64,000 nt of DNA. Origin: an uncultured Flavobacteriales bacterium (lineage in GTDB: Bacteria > Bacteroidota > Bacteroidia > Flavobacteriales > BACL11). Where the stretch lies: assembly GCA_905612305.1 (NCBI GenBank), contig CAJQRK010000005.1, forward strand, positions 13,561-77,560. The letters are read 5' to 3'. The notes under the pieces are model-generated. The model ran no database searches and was not told the DNA's origin. It saw only the letters and a program-made list of their open reading frames with translations. Positions 29,662 through 39,973 of this stretch are shown in pieces. The position numbers and the translations under genes were made by a program. The first letter of the stretch is position 1. Every line of letters starts with the position of its first letter.

Positions 29662-29665
29662 TTGT

Positions 29666-29699
29666 TATCTTTGTTTTGAATAATTGTACAACAAAACTA
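29666..29699. promoter_or_regulatory. Divergent -7 boxes (TATCTTTG on + at 29666-73; TAGTTTTG on - at 29692-99)
   Basis: Two TAnnTTTG boxes in a 42-bp divergent gap. Confidence 0.55.
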
Positions 29700-29703
29700 A
29701 GCA

Positions 29704-30687
29704 ATGCTAAGCAGAAAAACGATTGGCTTTCTATTAAAAATTGGAATTGTGGCTTTTGCCCTTTTCTTTTTGTATGAGCAACTTACTGCTAAAAGTAGTG
29801 TAGAACAATTTAATAGTGATGCAATTTTACAGCAGATTAAGCAGCACTATGGTGTACTTGTAGTTATTTTACTTATGATGTTCTTGAATTGGTTTTTGGA
29901 AGCATTAAAGTGGCGATTTTTAATTTCAAAGATTGAGGACATATCCATTAAGCGTTCCATTAGAGCAATTTTTTCGGGTATTACGGTTTCGGCTTTTACG
30001 CCCAATAGAGTTGGAGAATATGGAGGTAGAGTTTTTTGTTTGGAAAAAGCAGACAGGGGGCAAGCCGTTTTGATTACTATAATTGGGTCTATGGCACAAT
30101 TAGTAACTACTATTGTTTTTGGCTGTATTGGCTTATTGTTTTTGCCAAAATATAAGCCTGAGTTTTATAACATAGTAAACTCTATAGAGTTTGGTTATCC
30201 TATTTTAGTATTTTTATTGGTGTTACTGAGTGTATTGATTGTATTTCTATTTCTAAACGTATCTCTATTTTCCACGATACTTTCTAAGATTAAATTTTTA
30301 AGCAAATATGAGAAATACAATGAAGTCTTTTCTTTTTATACTTCAGTTGAATTAGCAAAAGTACTTTTGTATTCCGTTGTAAGATATGCCGTATTTACTA
30401 CTCAGTTTTTTATTTTATTGCAATTGTTTGAGGTTGACATTGTCTATGTTGATGCAATTGTCTTAAACATGACAATGCTTTTTGTTATTTCAATAATCCC
30501 TAATTATTTTCCTATTTTTGAAATTGCCCAAAGAGGTCTTGTCGCTATTTCTCTTTTTAGTTTGGTTGTAGTTGGTCAAGAGGTTGAAATATTTTCAGCT
30601 ACTTTTATTATGTGGGTTATTAACCTTTTATTGCCTGCACTTATAGGAACGGTATTTATTTTCACGCTTAAATTCTTTCGTAAATAA
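29704..30687 (+). CDS. Lysylphosphatidylglycerol synthase TM-domain (AglD2/UPF0104 flippase-like) membrane protein
   Basis: LNWFLEALKWRFL, FTPNRVGEYGGR; about eight TM helices. Confidence 0.82.
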   Translation: MLSRKTIGFLLKIGIVAFALFFLYEQLTAKSSVEQFNSDAILQQIKQHYGVLVVILLMMFLNWFLEALKWRFLISKIEDISIKRSIRAIFSGITVSAFTPNRVGEYGGRVFCLEKADRGQAVLITIIGSMAQLVTTIVFGCIGLLFLPKYKPEFYNIVNSIEFGYPILVFLLVLLSVLIVFLFLNVSLFSTILSKIKFLSKYEKYNEVFSFYTSVELAKVLLYSVVRYAVFTTQFFILLQLFEVDIVYVDAIVLNMTMLFVISIIPNYFPIFEIAQRGLVAISLFSLVVVGQEVEIFSATFIMWVINLLLPALIGTVFIFTLKFFRK

Positions 30688-31799
30688 TGCTATTTTTTAT
30701 TACAATCATTGTTTTCATTGCTATGCTGTATGGATTTCAAATCTTAAAATACCGTATTGGTTGGGATAAAATAAAACCTCTAAATAGGCAAGTATACACG
30801 CCAAAAGTGAGTGTTGTGATTGCTATGCGCAATGAAGAATCAGAAATAATACGATTAATCAAGGATCTTAAAAAACAAATTTACCCTACTGATAAATTGG
30901 AGTTTATTTTAGTAAACGATCATTCCTCTGACGCAACATGGGAATTGTTACAACAATCTACAATGGATAATTTACGAATTGTAAATATGCCTGACGGGGA
31001 GTTTGGCAAAAAGAATGCAATTAAAAAAGCCGTAGCCTTATCAGTGGGAGAAATTATATTGGCTACTGATGCAGATTGTAGTTTTTCGGCAACTTGGGTG
31101 CAAATAATGGCTTCCTGTTTTTCTAATTCAAGCATAAAATTAGTGTCTGGCCCTGTAGGATTTTACAAACAGAAAGGGGTTTTTCAAAGCTTACAGGCGC
31201 TAGAGTTTACTTCATTAATTGGTAGTGGTGCTGGTGCAATTGGAATGGATAGCGCAATCTTTTGTAATGGGGCAAATATGGCTTATCGAAAAGATGTTTT
31301 TTTGGAGGTAAATAATTTTGAAAATGATACGGTAGTTAGTGGTGATGATGTTTTTTTATTGCATAATGTGAAAGAAAAATACCCTAAGGCTATTGCTTTT
31401 GCAAAAGATGAAAATGCTATTGTTATTACTGAGGGAACGCAAAGCATAAAAGCTTTTATTAACCAGAGAAAAAGATGGACTGCTAAGAGTAGTGGCTACA
31501 AAGATTGTGCAAGTATTTACACTAGTTTTTTGGTGTTGGTTACAAATTTAATTGGCTTGTTTTTAGTGGGATTACTTTTTTTTGATTTACATTATCTTTA
31601 TTATTTCATCTTTTATTTTGGAATAAAATTCTTAGCTGATTTATTTTTGTTGTATCCAGTGCTTAGGTTTTTCAAGCGTAAAGATTTAATAAAATGGATT
31701 CTTCCATTTGAGTTATTCTATTCTTTTTACATAGTTTTGACTGTTGCTTTGTCTTTTACAAAATCATTTGAATGGAAAGGAAGAACGCATAAAAAATAA
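30687..31799 (+). CDS. GT2 family glycosyltransferase, membrane-bound
   Basis: AMRNEE, VNDHSSD, GKKNA, TDADC, GDD and QRKRW processive-type motif. Confidence 0.92.
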   Translation: MLFFITIIVFIAMLYGFQILKYRIGWDKIKPLNRQVYTPKVSVVIAMRNEESEIIRLIKDLKKQIYPTDKLEFILVNDHSSDATWELLQQSTMDNLRIVNMPDGEFGKKNAIKKAVALSVGEIILATDADCSFSATWVQIMASCFSNSSIKLVSGPVGFYKQKGVFQSLQALEFTSLIGSGAGAIGMDSAIFCNGANMAYRKDVFLEVNNFENDTVVSGDDVFLLHNVKEKYPKAIAFAKDENAIVITEGTQSIKAFINQRKRWTAKSSGYKDCASIYTSFLVLVTNLIGLFLVGLLFFDLHYLYYFIFYFGIKFLADLFLLYPVLRFFKRKDLIKWILPFELFYSFYIVLTVALSFTKSFEWKGRTHKK

Positions 31800-32852
31800 A
31801 TGAAACCAACCTCATTAAATACATTAGCTTGGCAAAAGTTGAAACAAAATAAGTTGTCTTTTTCTGCTTTGGTTTTTATTATATTTTGTGTTTTTGTAGG
31901 GGTTTTTGCTGTGGCGCTCAGCCCTGATGATTCGCCAATGGCAAATCAAATGCACATTGAATTGGCAACCAAAAAACCTTTAACAAAGATTACTTTTCTG
32001 GAAATTCCTAAGCAAGTAATAAATGAAACCCCTTTTTTTGAAGGTCTGTTTTTTGGAAAATCTTCAGGATTTAAAAGAATCCCAATTGAAAAATATACAA
32101 TAACAGAAACAGGACTTTTATATTTTCCTTTTCAATCAGAGCTAGCAAAAACCCATAGTGGTGATTATAAAATCACAACTCAAACTTTTTGGCTCGGAAC
32201 AGATAAGTTCGGAAGGGATTTACTTAGCCGAATGTTGTATGGCATCCGAATATCTTTGTCTGTTGGTTTTATTGCTGTTTTCATATCATTAATAATAGGG
32301 ATTACTTTAGGGCTAACTGCTGGTTATTTTAGAGGGAGAACTGATGATGTTGTCATGTGGTTTGTAAATGTAATGTGGTCTATTCCTACTTTGCTTATGG
32401 TGATTGCCATTACCTTAGCGCTTGGAAAAGGTTTTTGGCAAGTGTTTATTGCTGTTGGTTTAACAATGTGGGTGGAAGTAGCCCGAATTGTTAGAGGCCA
32501 AGTTTTAGTTATCAGAGAACTGGAATATGTAGAGGCAGGAAAGGCATTGGCGTACAAATCGTTTAGAATAATTTTTAAGCATATATTGCCCAATGTAATT
32601 GGACCTGTTATTGTTATTTCGGCAGCTAATTTTGCAGCAGCAATTTTAATTGAGGCGGGGCTTTCCTTTTTAGGTATTGGCGCTCAACCTCCAATGCCGA
32701 GTTGGGGAGGAATGATTAAAGACCATTATGCTTATATCATTATGGATAAAGCGTATTTAGCAATTATCCCAGGCGTGGCAATTATGAGTTTGGTATTAGC
32801 TTTTATGTTGTTGGGCAATGGTTTGCGGGATGCGTTTGATGTTAAAAATTAA
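31800..32852 (+). CDS. Peptide/nickel ABC transporter permease (DppC/OppC-like)
   Basis: LGTDKFGRDLLSR, EYVEAGKALAY EAA loop, EAGLSFLGIG.QPP.PSWG and GNGLRDAFD. Confidence 0.92.
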   Translation: MKPTSLNTLAWQKLKQNKLSFSALVFIIFCVFVGVFAVALSPDDSPMANQMHIELATKKPLTKITFLEIPKQVINETPFFEGLFFGKSSGFKRIPIEKYTITETGLLYFPFQSELAKTHSGDYKITTQTFWLGTDKFGRDLLSRMLYGIRISLSVGFIAVFISLIIGITLGLTAGYFRGRTDDVVMWFVNVMWSIPTLLMVIAITLALGKGFWQVFIAVGLTMWVEVARIVRGQVLVIRELEYVEAGKALAYKSFRIIFKHILPNVIGPVIVISAANFAAAILIEAGLSFLGIGAQPPMPSWGGMIKDHYAYIIMDKAYLAIIPGVAIMSLVLAFMLLGNGLRDAFDVKN

Positions 32853-32856
32853 AATT

Positions 32857-33357
32857 ATGGAATTGATATTTTCGGCACTTATAATTTTTTCTCTTAGATT
32901 GGCCGACCAGAGTTTGGGAACAATGAGAGCATTATTAGTTGCAAAGAATAAACCAATTTATGCGGCTCTTATTGGCTTAGTAGAATCTGCAATTTGGATA
33001 GTTGCTATCTCACAAGTAATAAAGGATATTGATGATCCCGTACTTATTGTTGCTTATGCTTCAGGTTTTGCAGCTGGAACTATTTTGGGCTCATATATTG
33101 AGCGTATTGTAGGAGTGGGGAATATTGTGGTACGCGTTTTTTCCCCGGCTAATTTACCTTCAGTGGCAGAAAAATTAAGAGATAATGGCCATGGAGTTAC
33201 TGTAATTGATGGACAAGGTAAAGATGGTCCCGTTAAAGTTTATTTGTGCATTATTCAAAGGAGAAAGTTAAAATCAGTACTTAAGATGATTGAGGAAATA
33301 AACCCTAAAGCTTATATTACTACAGATTTAGCGAACCCAACTTCTTTGAAGAAGTAA
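32857..33357 (+). CDS. DUF2179/UPF0316 membrane protein
   Basis: RLADQSLGTMR, YASGFAAGTILG, LRDNGHGVT..G.G and IEEINPKAYI; ATG 32857 preferred. Confidence 0.82.
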   Translation: MELIFSALIIFSLRLADQSLGTMRALLVAKNKPIYAALIGLVESAIWIVAISQVIKDIDDPVLIVAYASGFAAGTILGSYIERIVGVGNIVVRVFSPANLPSVAEKLRDNGHGVTVIDGQGKDGPVKVYLCIIQRRKLKSVLKMIEEINPKAYITTDLANPTSLKK

Positions 33358-34701
33358 TTAAAAAACCAATAATCCTCCAATAAAAATAACCACTCCAATT
33401 AGTAGGAGTATTAAAGTATAAGGTAATATTTCTTTGACTTTTAATCCTGTAATCGCCAATAATGGTAATGCCCAAAAGGGCTGTAGCATATTAGTGATTT
33501 GGTCGCCATAAGCCAATGCCATTACACTTTTTGGAATACTTACGCCTAATTGTGTTGCTGCTTCAACAATTATTGGTCCTTGTACCGCCCATTGACCACC
33601 GCCACTAGGAACAAAGATATTTACAATAGCGGCACTTATAAAAGTAAATATTGGAAATGTAGTTTGATTAGAGATACTTACAAAAAAGTCAGACATAATC
33701 TGTACCATGCCAGAATGGTTCATAATTCCCATAATCCCAAAATAAAGCGGAAACTGTATTAGTATCCCTGAAGCGCCACTAATAGCTTTGTCTACTCCTT
33801 TCAAAAAATTATAAAAACTACTGTGCATCATAATTGCTAGCCCTAATAAAACAAGGTTAATGTAGTTTGGGGTAATAATATTTAGTGAGATGTTTTCAGG
33901 AAGTATAAATGCTTTGTAAAAAGTAAAAGCTAAGATAATACCACCAAAAATATAGGCCATAATTTTGGAATGATCTATTTTCTCTGCTCCTTTTATCTCT
34001 ACAGTCTCATTCTCTAATAAAGTTTGCATAGGTAAAGCGCTACCTTTACTTTTCTTTCCTAAATAATACATGGTTAGCGGCAAAACAATTAAAAGCACAA
34101 TACTTACGCTAATATTCATAGTAGAAAAGATGGTTTCTGCCTGAGAGATAACGCCCATTTTTTCTGCCAAAAAGTGGCCTTCTTCAGCAATTTTTATAGG
34201 TGCAGAGCCAGAGATTCCGCCATGCCAAACCATAAGCCCCGAATAACCTGAAGCACCAATTAGTGGGTAGTTGATTGGGATATTATTTTTGTTTGCATGT
34301 TCTCCAACTTTCCTAGCAAAAATTGCACCAAAAATAAGGCCTAAACCCCAGTTAAAGAGAGAAACGATTAGTGTAAAAAAAGTAACAATAGCAGCAGCAT
34401 TGGCCGTATTTTTACAAAAACTAGTTCCTTTTTCAATAAGTGAGTTAATTGGTTTTGTTAGTGCTAATACATGGCCAAGAACCAGCATCAGCATCATTTG
34501 AATAGCAAAAACCAGTAAGGGAGGATGCCAAATACCTTCTTCCCAATAAGATAAAAGCTGAAGAATATGAGATTCTTCGGCTTTTGGCTGCGTAATAAAT
34601 AGTGCTAAAATAAATGTGAAAAAAGTAAGTAAAACGGCTATACTAAAAGGTGCTGGCAAAAGCCCCTTAAATATCTTTTCAAACTTTTTTGCAATTGACA
34701 T
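33358..34701 (-). CDS. Short-chain fatty acid transporter (AtoE family)
   Basis: FAIQMML, NWG, YPL..ASGY, WHGGISGS, PSGGGQWAVQGP and NMLQPFWALP. Confidence 0.9.
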   Translation of the reverse strand: MSIAKKFEKIFKGLLPAPFSIAVLLTFFTFILALFITQPKAEESHILQLLSYWEEGIWHPPLLVFAIQMMLMLVLGHVLALTKPINSLIEKGTSFCKNTANAAAIVTFFTLIVSLFNWGLGLIFGAIFARKVGEHANKNNIPINYPLIGASGYSGLMVWHGGISGSAPIKIAEEGHFLAEKMGVISQAETIFSTMNISVSIVLLIVLPLTMYYLGKKSKGSALPMQTLLENETVEIKGAEKIDHSKIMAYIFGGIILAFTFYKAFILPENISLNIITPNYINLVLLGLAIMMHSSFYNFLKGVDKAISGASGILIQFPLYFGIMGIMNHSGMVQIMSDFFVSISNQTTFPIFTFISAAIVNIFVPSGGGQWAVQGPIIVEAATQLGVSIPKSVMALAYGDQITNMLQPFWALPLLAITGLKVKEILPYTLILLLIGVVIFIGGLLVF

Positions 34702-34703
34702 TT

Positions 34704-35057
34704 TTAAAATGGCAAATCGTCTTCTTTTGTTTCCGGAGCATTAAATACTGGAGCAGCTTCCATTTCAGAGCTTCCACCTCCTTGACCTTCAATTCTCCAC
34801 GCGTCAATGTTATGGAAGTATTTTCCGTTATATTCTCTGGATGATAAGTTAAAGGAAACTTCAACTTGATCTCCTTCATTATGATGGTTTAACATTTCAA
34901 TTTTGTCTTCTCCAAATAACTGAAAACAAACTTCTGGATTATATTGTGCGCCTGTATCAATCAAAAATGATTGTTTTTTCCATTCTTTGCCTGCTTTTGA
35001 TGTTCCGCTTTCTACACTTAATTTTCTGCTTAACTTTCCTTTTACTGATAAACTCAT
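34704..35057 (-). CDS. DUF3127 family OB-fold (SSB-like) protein
   Basis: SGTSKAG.EWKKQ, YNPEVCF, SFNLSSREYNGKYF..AWRI and C-terminal DDLPF. Confidence 0.88.
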   Translation of the reverse strand: MSLSVKGKLSRKLSVESGTSKAGKEWKKQSFLIDTGAQYNPEVCFQLFGEDKIEMLNHHNEGDQVEVSFNLSSREYNGKYFHNIDAWRIEGQGGGSSEMEAAPVFNAPETKEDDLPF

Positions 35058-35169
35058 CTTTTATATTTTAAATTAGGTGTACAAATTTAAATAAAAAATT
35101 TAGTAAAAAATCTTTAAAGCCCCTTTTATGTATGAATGTTAAAAAATAATATCTTTGCCTCCCTTTTTA

Positions 35170-35251
35170 GCGGGTATGGCGGAATTGGTAGACGTGCTAG
35201 ACTTAGGATCTAGTGCCGTAAGGCGTGGGGGTTCGAGTCCCTTTACCCGCA
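35170..35251 (+). tRNA. tRNA-Leu (anticodon TAG)
   Basis: GCGGGTA/TACCCGC acceptor, CTAGA-CTTAGGA-TCTAG anticodon arm, long variable arm, GTTCGAG; -7 box at 35150-57; CCA not encoded. Confidence 0.97.
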
Positions 35252-35258
35252 CAAAATT

Positions 35259-35284
35259 AAGCAAGCGTTTTCGCTTGCTTTTTT
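35259..35284 (+). terminator. Terminator after tRNA-Leu
   Basis: AAGCAAGCG-tttt-CGCTTGCTT plus T-run. Confidence 0.85.
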
Positions 35285-35357
35285 GTTGAAATATTCTTTT
35301 TAATTATCAGATAAATAAGTGTATTTTTGCAACCCTTTTTAAAACAATAAATAAAAG

Positions 35358-36710
35358 ATGAATTTAATACAAAGCAAAGCAAAAGATTTAATGGCCACAA
35401 TTACAATTGATGTAGTGGAAAATGATTACACTGAAAAAGTTGATAAGGCATTGAAAGATTACCGTAAAACGGCTGTAATTCCTGGATTCAGAAAAGGAAA
35501 AACACCAATGGGAATTATCAATAAAAAACATAGAACTTCTGTTGTTGTTGAAGAGGTAAACAAATTAATTCAAGATGAATTGTACAAACACATCACTGAA
35601 CAAAAAGTAAGAGTGTTGGGGTCACCAATGCCCTTGAAAACAAGTGAAATTGACTGGGGAAATCAAGTTGAGTTTAAATTTGAATATGAAATTGCTTTAG
35701 CGCCAGAATTTGACGTAAAAATTACAAATAAGGATAAATTAAATATTTACAAGATTAAAGCAGATGCTAAATTAGTAGATGGCTACTGTATTGATATTGC
35801 AAAAAAATATGGTAAAATGAGCAATCCTGAAGTTTCAGAGGAGGGTGATTTGATTTTTTGTGCAATTAACCAACTAGATATTGAAGGCAATGTAATGAAA
35901 AAGGGATTACAAAATGAAGCAACTGTATCCATGGACCATATTGCTGATAAAAAAATACAAAAACAATTTGTTGGCGTGAAATCAGATCATGTTATTACTG
36001 TAAATATAATGAAGGCATTTACAAATCATGCGGATTTAGCAGCTATGTTAAGTGTTTCTCATGAAGTAATTCATAATTTAACATCAGAAGAATTTCAGTT
36101 TACGGTAAAAAATATTAATCGTTTGCAGCCTGCTGATTTGAATACTGAATTGTTTGACAAAGTATACGGAGCAGCTGTTGTGAAGGATGTAAAAGAATTC
36201 AAAGCAAAAGTTCAAGCAGAGGCTGAGGGGCAGTTTGTAGGAGAAAGCGACAGAATGCTTAAGAATGATGTAGTTACTTATTTTATTGAAAAACTAAAAC
36301 TACAAATGCCAAATGATTTTTTGAAAAGATGGTTGGTTCAAACTTCAGAGCAGCCTATTACCATGGAAATGCTTAATAATGAATATGATATGTATTCAAA
36401 AAGTTTGCAATGGCAGTTAATTGAGAATAAAATCTTAGAAAATTACGAGATTAAAGTAACTCAGGATGATGTAGTTGCACATGCTAAAAAACTAATTGGG
36501 ATGCAAATGAAGCAATATGGACAGCCCGAAGGTGATGATGCTCAATTGACCGAGATTGCTACTAATATCCTTAAAAATGAGGAAGAAAGAAAGAAGATTT
36601 ACGATAAAATTTTTGACGAAAGAACTTTAGCCGTTTACAAAGAAAACTTCAAATTAACTGAGAAAAGCATTTCTTATGATGATTTTGTTAAATTAGCATC
36701 AGAAAAATAA
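35358..36710 (+). CDS. tig: Trigger factor
   Basis: IPGFRKGK ribosome-binding motif; upstream of clpP-clpX; -7 box at 35322-29. Confidence 0.95.
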   Translation: MNLIQSKAKDLMATITIDVVENDYTEKVDKALKDYRKTAVIPGFRKGKTPMGIINKKHRTSVVVEEVNKLIQDELYKHITEQKVRVLGSPMPLKTSEIDWGNQVEFKFEYEIALAPEFDVKITNKDKLNIYKIKADAKLVDGYCIDIAKKYGKMSNPEVSEEGDLIFCAINQLDIEGNVMKKGLQNEATVSMDHIADKKIQKQFVGVKSDHVITVNIMKAFTNHADLAAMLSVSHEVIHNLTSEEFQFTVKNINRLQPADLNTELFDKVYGAAVVKDVKEFKAKVQAEAEGQFVGESDRMLKNDVVTYFIEKLKLQMPNDFLKRWLVQTSEQPITMEMLNNEYDMYSKSLQWQLIENKILENYEIKVTQDDVVAHAKKLIGMQMKQYGQPEGDDAQLTEIATNILKNEEERKKIYDKIFDERTLAVYKENFKLTEKSISYDDFVKLASEK

Positions 36711-36725
36711 TTAAAAAATAGAACC

Positions 36726-37400
36726 ATGGATTACGGAAAAGAATTTCAAAAATACGCAACAAAACATAGAGGGATAAGTAGTTTACACCTTAACGAATTT
36801 TCTTCAATGCACGGCAATTATATTTCACCTACCATTATTGAAGAAAGACAGATGAATGTTGCAAGTATGGATGTTTTTTCTCGTTTGATGATGGATAGAA
36901 TCATCTTTTTAGGAGTGCCTATTAATGATTATGTAGCAAATGTTATTCAAGCACAATTGTTGTTTTTGGAATCAGTAGATGCTCAAAAAGATATTTTGAT
37001 TTATTTAAACTCCCCAGGAGGAGGGGTGTATGCAGGGCTAGGAATTTACGATACTATACAATACATTACTCCTGATGTTTCTACCATTTGTACAGGGATG
37101 GCTGCTTCAATGGGTGCAGTATTACTTTGTGCTGGTGCAGCAGGAAAGCGTACAGCTTTAAAGCATTCTCGTGTAATGATTCACCAGCCTTTAGGAGGTG
37201 CGCAAGGGCAAGCTTCTGATATTGAAATTACTGCAAAGGAAATTCAAAAGTTGAAAAAGGAACTTTATGAAATTATTTCTGCTCATTCTGGAAAATCATA
37301 CGATGAAGTTTGGAAAGACAGTGATAGAGATTATTGGATGACAGCAGAAGAGGCAAAAGCATATGGTATGATTGATGAGGTGTTGGAAAGAAAAAAATAG
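36726..37400 (+). CDS. clpP: ATP-dependent Clp protease proteolytic subunit
   Basis: DVFSRLMMDRIIFL, YLNSPGG, GMAASMGA, MIHQP and DRD. Confidence 0.98.
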   Translation: MDYGKEFQKYATKHRGISSLHLNEFSSMHGNYISPTIIEERQMNVASMDVFSRLMMDRIIFLGVPINDYVANVIQAQLLFLESVDAQKDILIYLNSPGGGVYAGLGIYDTIQYITPDVSTICTGMAASMGAVLLCAGAAGKRTALKHSRVMIHQPLGGAQGQASDIEITAKEIQKLKKELYEIISAHSGKSYDEVWKDSDRDYWMTAEEAKAYGMIDEVLERKK

Positions 37401-37403
37401 TAA

Positions 37404-38633
37404 ATGTCAGAAAACGAAAAAGTAGTATGTTCTTTTTGTGGGAAAAATAAGCAAGACACAAATATCCTAATTGCTGGTACATCTGCACATATTTGTGATG
37501 CTTGTATTGAGCAAGCACATGATATAGTTAAAGAAGATAGTATTTCTGAAACTACACTTTTACAAGATTTTACACTTTTAAAGCCAAAGGAAATTAAAGC
37601 TCATTTGGATGATTTTGTCATAGGTCAGGACGATGCTAAAAAAGTAATATCGGTTGCGGTTTATAACCATTACAAAAGAATTTTACAACCTGACACTACT
37701 GAAGATGATATTGAAGTTGAAAAGTCAAATATTATTATGGTGGGGCGTACCGGTACTGGGAAAACTTTACTTGCGCGTTCCATTGCAAAGCTATTAAAAG
37801 TACCTTTTTGTATTGCTGACGCTACTGTGCTTACTGAAGCGGGTTATGTTGGTGAGGATGTGGAAAATATTTTAACACGCCTTTTACAAGCAGCCGATTA
37901 TGATGTAGAACAAGCCAAAAGAGGTATTGTTTTTATTGATGAGATTGATAAAGTAGCGCGTAAAAGCGATAACCCATCTATTACCCGTGATGTAAGCGGA
38001 GAGGGAGTGCAACAAGCAATGTTAAAATTATTAGAAGGTACGATTGTTAATGTCCCACCACAAGGTGGGCGTAAGCATCCTGACCAAAAAATGATTGCAT
38101 TGGACACTAAAGATATTTTATTTATTAGCGGTGGGGCTTTTGATGGCATCGAACAACATATATCCAGCAGAATGAATACGCGTTCAATTGGTTTTAGGTC
38201 AGAACAAGAACATGATATTGATAAAGAAAACTTATTGCAATATATTTCTCCGCAGGATTTGAAATCATTTGGATTAATTCCTGAATTGATTGGGAGAATG
38301 CCAGTGGTTACACACTTAAACCCTTTAGATAGAGATGCCTTAAAATTAATCTTGACTGAACCTAAGAATGCATTAACTAAACAGTATCAGAAACTATTTG
38401 ACATGGATGGTGTTGGGCTTAGTTTTGATAAAAAAGCAATTGATATTATTGTTGATAAAGCAATGGAATTCAAGTTAGGCGCAAGAGGTCTGCGTTCAAT
38501 TTGTGAGGCAATTATGTTAGATGCTATGTTTGAGTTTCCTTCAGATAAAAGCAAGAAAGAGCTGAAGATTACAGCTGCTTATGTAAAAGCACAGCTGAAT
38601 AAAATTTCATTTACTAAATTAATGGTAGCTTAA
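37404..38633 (+). CDS. clpX: ATP-dependent Clp protease ATPase ClpX
   Basis: CSFC..ICDAC Zn finger, [19 protein letters not shown] loop and GARGLR. Confidence 0.98.
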   Translation: MSENEKVVCSFCGKNKQDTNILIAGTSAHICDACIEQAHDIVKEDSISETTLLQDFTLLKPKEIKAHLDDFVIGQDDAKKVISVAVYNHYKRILQPDTTEDDIEVEKSNIIMVGRTGTGKTLLARSIAKLLKVPFCIADATVLTEAGYVGEDVENILTRLLQAADYDVEQAKRGIVFIDEIDKVARKSDNPSITRDVSGEGVQQAMLKLLEGTIVNVPPQGGRKHPDQKMIALDTKDILFISGGAFDGIEQHISSRMNTRSIGFRSEQEHDIDKENLLQYISPQDLKSFGLIPELIGRMPVVTHLNPLDRDALKLILTEPKNALTKQYQKLFDMDGVGLSFDKKAIDIIVDKAMEFKLGARGLRSICEAIMLDAMFEFPSDKSKKELKITAAYVKAQLNKISFTKLMVA

Positions 38634-39445
38634 GGAACTACTATATGATAAGTGTTTCCGTTTATTGTAACATCAAAATTGCAATCACACAATGAATCAC
38701 TATAATTAATGATTCTATCTGTATAACCATTTGGCGTTATTTTCGCTTTCCCGCTCTTAATTACACAAGACGGTAAACATCTAAAATCAACATTAAGCGT
38801 ATCAGTAATTTCCATAGTAAAAGCATTTCCATTAACAGCGTTACCACTTGCAGTTCCTGTTACCTTGTACTTATCATCAAATATGTTAAAAAAGGTTTTA
38901 CTGCCTTCAGTCCATTCTCTAAATCTTTCTGACTCCCAATTAATTGTACCGTCTGAAGTATTAATACTTGCATTATTTACATTAATAGTAAACCGCATAT
39001 TTTTAGAGACAATATCTCTCCCTTGATTTGTAACAATTCTTTCTCCTTGTACTAAATTGTTGTTTACATGATAATTATCAAAAGTAGCAGTCATTACTGA
39101 TAAAGAATCACGGTATTTTCCGGTATAAATAACAATTATCTTTCCTCTTTTGAGATTACTGTAACTAAGACAGTCAGGATTACCATTGCCATAATCAATT
39201 ATCATAGTATCTTGATCCGTAGTATTTATATTTATTAGAGTATAGCTTGGGCAATTTTTATTTATGTCATTATCCATAAAACCATCCTCTACAATTCTTC
39301 CAATGTCATTAAAAATTTTTTCAGCCATCAGATGATCTTTTGAGGCTTGTGTACTAGTTAATTCTGTAGTATTAATTACATCTTCATCTTTACAAGCGTA
39401 TAGTAGTATTGTTAAAAAGCTAAGGGCATATAGTATTTTCTTCAT
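38630..39445 (-). CDS. Hypothetical (probably surface-exposed) lipoprotein
   Basis: Lipobox LYA-C followed by KDED export-signal-like residues; beta-rich with paired Cys. Confidence 0.7.
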   Translation of the reverse strand: MKKILYALSFLTILLYACKDEDVINTTELTSTQASKDHLMAEKIFNDIGRIVEDGFMDNDINKNCPSYTLININTTDQDTMIIDYGNGNPDCLSYSNLKRGKIIVIYTGKYRDSLSVMTATFDNYHVNNNLVQGERIVTNQGRDIVSKNMRFTINVNNASINTSDGTINWESERFREWTEGSKTFFNIFDDKYKVTGTASGNAVNGNAFTMEITDTLNVDFRCLPSCVIKSGKAKITPNGYTDRIINYSDSLCDCNFDVTINGNTYHIVVP

Positions 39446-39465
39446 TTTAATTTTTTTTTGTAAAT

Positions 39466-39972
39466 TTAGTTAATTTTCTCATAAGTGATAAAATCATAAT
39501 TGTACTTATGTTTCTCATCAGCTTTGTGTTCTGTTTTATTTACCTCTTTCCAATCAGAATTTAAGTTAGGGAAAAAAGTGTCGCCCTCAAAAGAATGATG
39601 TATTTCCGTAAGATAAATTTTATCTACTAAATTTTTCTCAAGAGCAATTTTGTAAATCTGACCTCCACCAATAATGAAAGGTTCTGTATCTCCATTTTGC
39701 TTTGCAATTTCTAGGGCAGTCTCTACGGAATTAACTACCACACAACCTTCAGCTATATAATTAGCTTGTCTTGTAATTACCACATTGGTTCTGTTGGGTA
39801 ATGGGCTGTATTTATGCGGAATAGATTCAAAGTTTTTTCGCCCCATTATTACATGATGTCCTAAAGTAGTTTCTTTGAAAAACTTCATATCTTTTGGTAA
39901 ATGCCAAATGAGGTCATTGTCTTTTCCAATCACACCATTTTCGGATACTGCTACTATTAGTGAAACTATCAT
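39466..39972 (-). CDS. folA: Dihydrofolate reductase
   Basis: IG.DNDLIWHLPKDMKFF, MGRKNFES, PLPNRTN, IIGGGQIY and GDTFFP. Confidence 0.97.
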   Translation of the reverse strand: MIVSLIVAVSENGVIGKDNDLIWHLPKDMKFFKETTLGHHVIMGRKNFESIPHKYSPLPNRTNVVITRQANYIAEGCVVVNSVETALEIAKQNGDTEPFIIGGGQIYKIALEKNLVDKIYLTEIHHSFEGDTFFPNLNSDWKEVNKTEHKADEKHKYNYDFITYEKIN

Positions 39973-39973
39973 T

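Noticed and set aside
35170-35357. Integration or att site at the tRNAs (also 61802-62032)
   Set aside because: No integrase, no duplicated tRNA 3' end noticed, and housekeeping genes flank directly.
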